Shown here: piece by piece, positions 62,443 to 64,000 of the stretch | Position numbering within the stretch: position 1 is the stretch's first letter | Layout of the letters: each line of letters starts with the position of its first letter | Source: Octopus sinensis | Taxonomy: Eukaryota | Length of the DNA: 64,000 nucleotides | Direction of reading: 5' to 3' | Assembly (NCBI RefSeq): GCF_006345805.1 | Contig: NC_043003.1 | Span: 18,600,001-18,664,000 of the forward strand | Notes under the pieces: generated by a model | Told to the model about the DNA's origin: nothing | What the model saw: only the letters and a program-made list of their open reading frames with translations | Databases searched by the model: none | Program-made: the position numbers and the translations under genes

Positions 62443-63916
62443 AAATGCCAAAGAGTATCATAAATTTAAACTAAATTCTTGTTTTCCATATTTGTGAATG
62501 CCTGTACCATTTGTGGTACCATCTACAACAATGTGATACACCAGTACGTTTACCATTATTTAGAACTATTTCTCATAACACTCCCACAAAAGTCACTTCA
62601 TCCTTTTGTTGTTGTTTTTGGTTAGTTTTTTCCTTTCCTTGTTTAAACTTCTGGCAGTATAAATACATTCATTCAACTTTTAGGAACATTTAAAAAATTC
62701 AAATTGTTAGTAGCTCAGTTAGGAAGAACGATCTCAAAACAAAATCCAATACGATTTTGTTATTTAAAGATCAATGTAAGGCAAAGATATACAACTAGCA
62801 ACATAGGAATAATATTTTAATTTTGTTCCACTAACAAAACTAAATGGATAGTCTTCTCTAATTAGAATGTTTTGTTTCAGGTAGATGAGTTTTGTTTTCA
62901 TATAAGCAGATATTGGGCATATATGTATGTGTGTTTGTGTATGTTACAAAAAACAAAAAAAAAAAAAACATTTAAAATCTCAAAACACTCTGAAGTACAA
63001 ATCAATGAATTTCCTGTAATTTTCTCTTAACCTTTTTCTAAGCAGCTATTGATGCATAATACAAGCCAACAGAATAATAAACCTTAATGCAACATGAAAT
63101 AGTTGTCTATGTGTCTGTGTTGTGTTAGATAGACCCTAACAGTGTGTGCAAATGCACACACACATAGTTATATCTAGCAAGAAATATTATTTTTATTTAA
63201 TTTTCTATAGCTACTTAATATCTTGTGTATAACTTCAGTTAAATCATTATCTCACTAAACCCTAATTTTAAGTTCATTTATTATGTGAAAGTTAACCATT
63301 CCTACAAGATGAAGAAATACAGTTTAATAAACATACATTGTTATTTTCTACGTAATGACAATATAATGCAATTAATCACAATAACTGTCTTGGACGTAAT
63401 AATAATTATTTAGACACAGAATAGCTTTAACAACTGACAGTTGTAGTTCAGTGCCATTTTACTCTTAGTGGAAGTTGAGTAATAATATTATTTCTAATAG
63501 TCTAGAAGTGGTTCTTAATTCTTCTTTGTAATAATGGCAGCCAAATTGTTCGAATTTGCATGAAAACATGACAACAAATTCAGTGTCATTTTCAAATGCA
63601 TTGCTTTTGCTATGATTTAAACATCACCATTAGTGATGATAATAATATCATCCTACTTCAAGTCTCTAAATATACTTCAATCCTTTATTTCATCTAGTAT
63701 TTTGTTTGTTTTGAGCCAACCCAAGGTTAAGTATACAAGATAATGCATCTATGGATGAGACTTATTAACTGCTGCTTGGTAACCGATACATTCTAGAATC
63801 ATGTTGAATGAATGAATTCACCTATGCAGCTTTTCCTTCCATATCACTAAGAAAAACAGTAATTACCAAATAACTTACTAAATTCCAAGAATAGCCAACT
63901 CAAATCCAATGGTTGC

Positions 63917-64000
63917 TGATTATGATCATATGGAAACAATCATAAGTAATTATGATCATACGGAAATGATCATAAGTGATTATGATCATATGGAAATGAT
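63917..64000. repeat. 30-bp minisatellite of self-complementary units (runs off window end)
   Basis: Units start at 63917, 63947 and 63977; consensus tgattatgatcatatggaaatgatcataag. Confidence 0.9.

Larger units (their letters stand above)
1..64000 (-). other. PPFIA: Liprin-alpha transcription unit (partial; window appears entirely intragenic)
   Basis: Seven minus-strand exons splice into one frame matching the liprin-alpha/SYD-2 coiled-coil region. The canonical N-terminal exons and the C-terminal SAM-domain exons are not in the window, so the gene extends past both ends. Confidence 0.9.

Overview
This is AT-rich eukaryotic DNA, dense in microsatellites and retroposons. The SINE/RTE repertoire and composition suggest a coleoid cephalopod, most likely Octopus (inference). 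The window appears to lie inside one large minus-strand gene, liprin-alpha (PPFIA/SYD-2 family presynaptic scaffold). I resolved seven coding exons of its N-terminal coiled-coil region with GT-AG sites that join in one open frame: 62298-62170, 32535-32314, 19206-19060, 16006-15872, 6429-6346, 3639-3445 and 3040-2964 (989 nt in total). The gene continues past both window ends. The introns (0.4-29.6 kb) hold two abundant tRNA-type SINE families, RTE-LINE tails, decayed CR1/Jockey-like and RTE RT fragments, a decayed Ty3/Gypsy pol, piggyBac-type and hAT MITEs, a Helentron-like element, and a ~555-bp element found only within (AAT)n tracts. The most interesting unexplained signals are (1) a frame-preserving 18-nt candidate microexon with an upstream UCUCUGC motif, (2) a ~310-bp branched fold-back element with a decayed hammerhead-like core in each arm, (3) a candidate alternative first exon giving an N-terminally truncated liprin-alpha, and (4) many inverted repeat pairs able to form pre-mRNA dsRNA. 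I found no supportable tRNA gene, rRNA gene or CRISPR array. Nearly all ORFs in the supplied track are microsatellite or repeat artefacts. Repeat boundaries are approximate; exon boundaries were read base by base.
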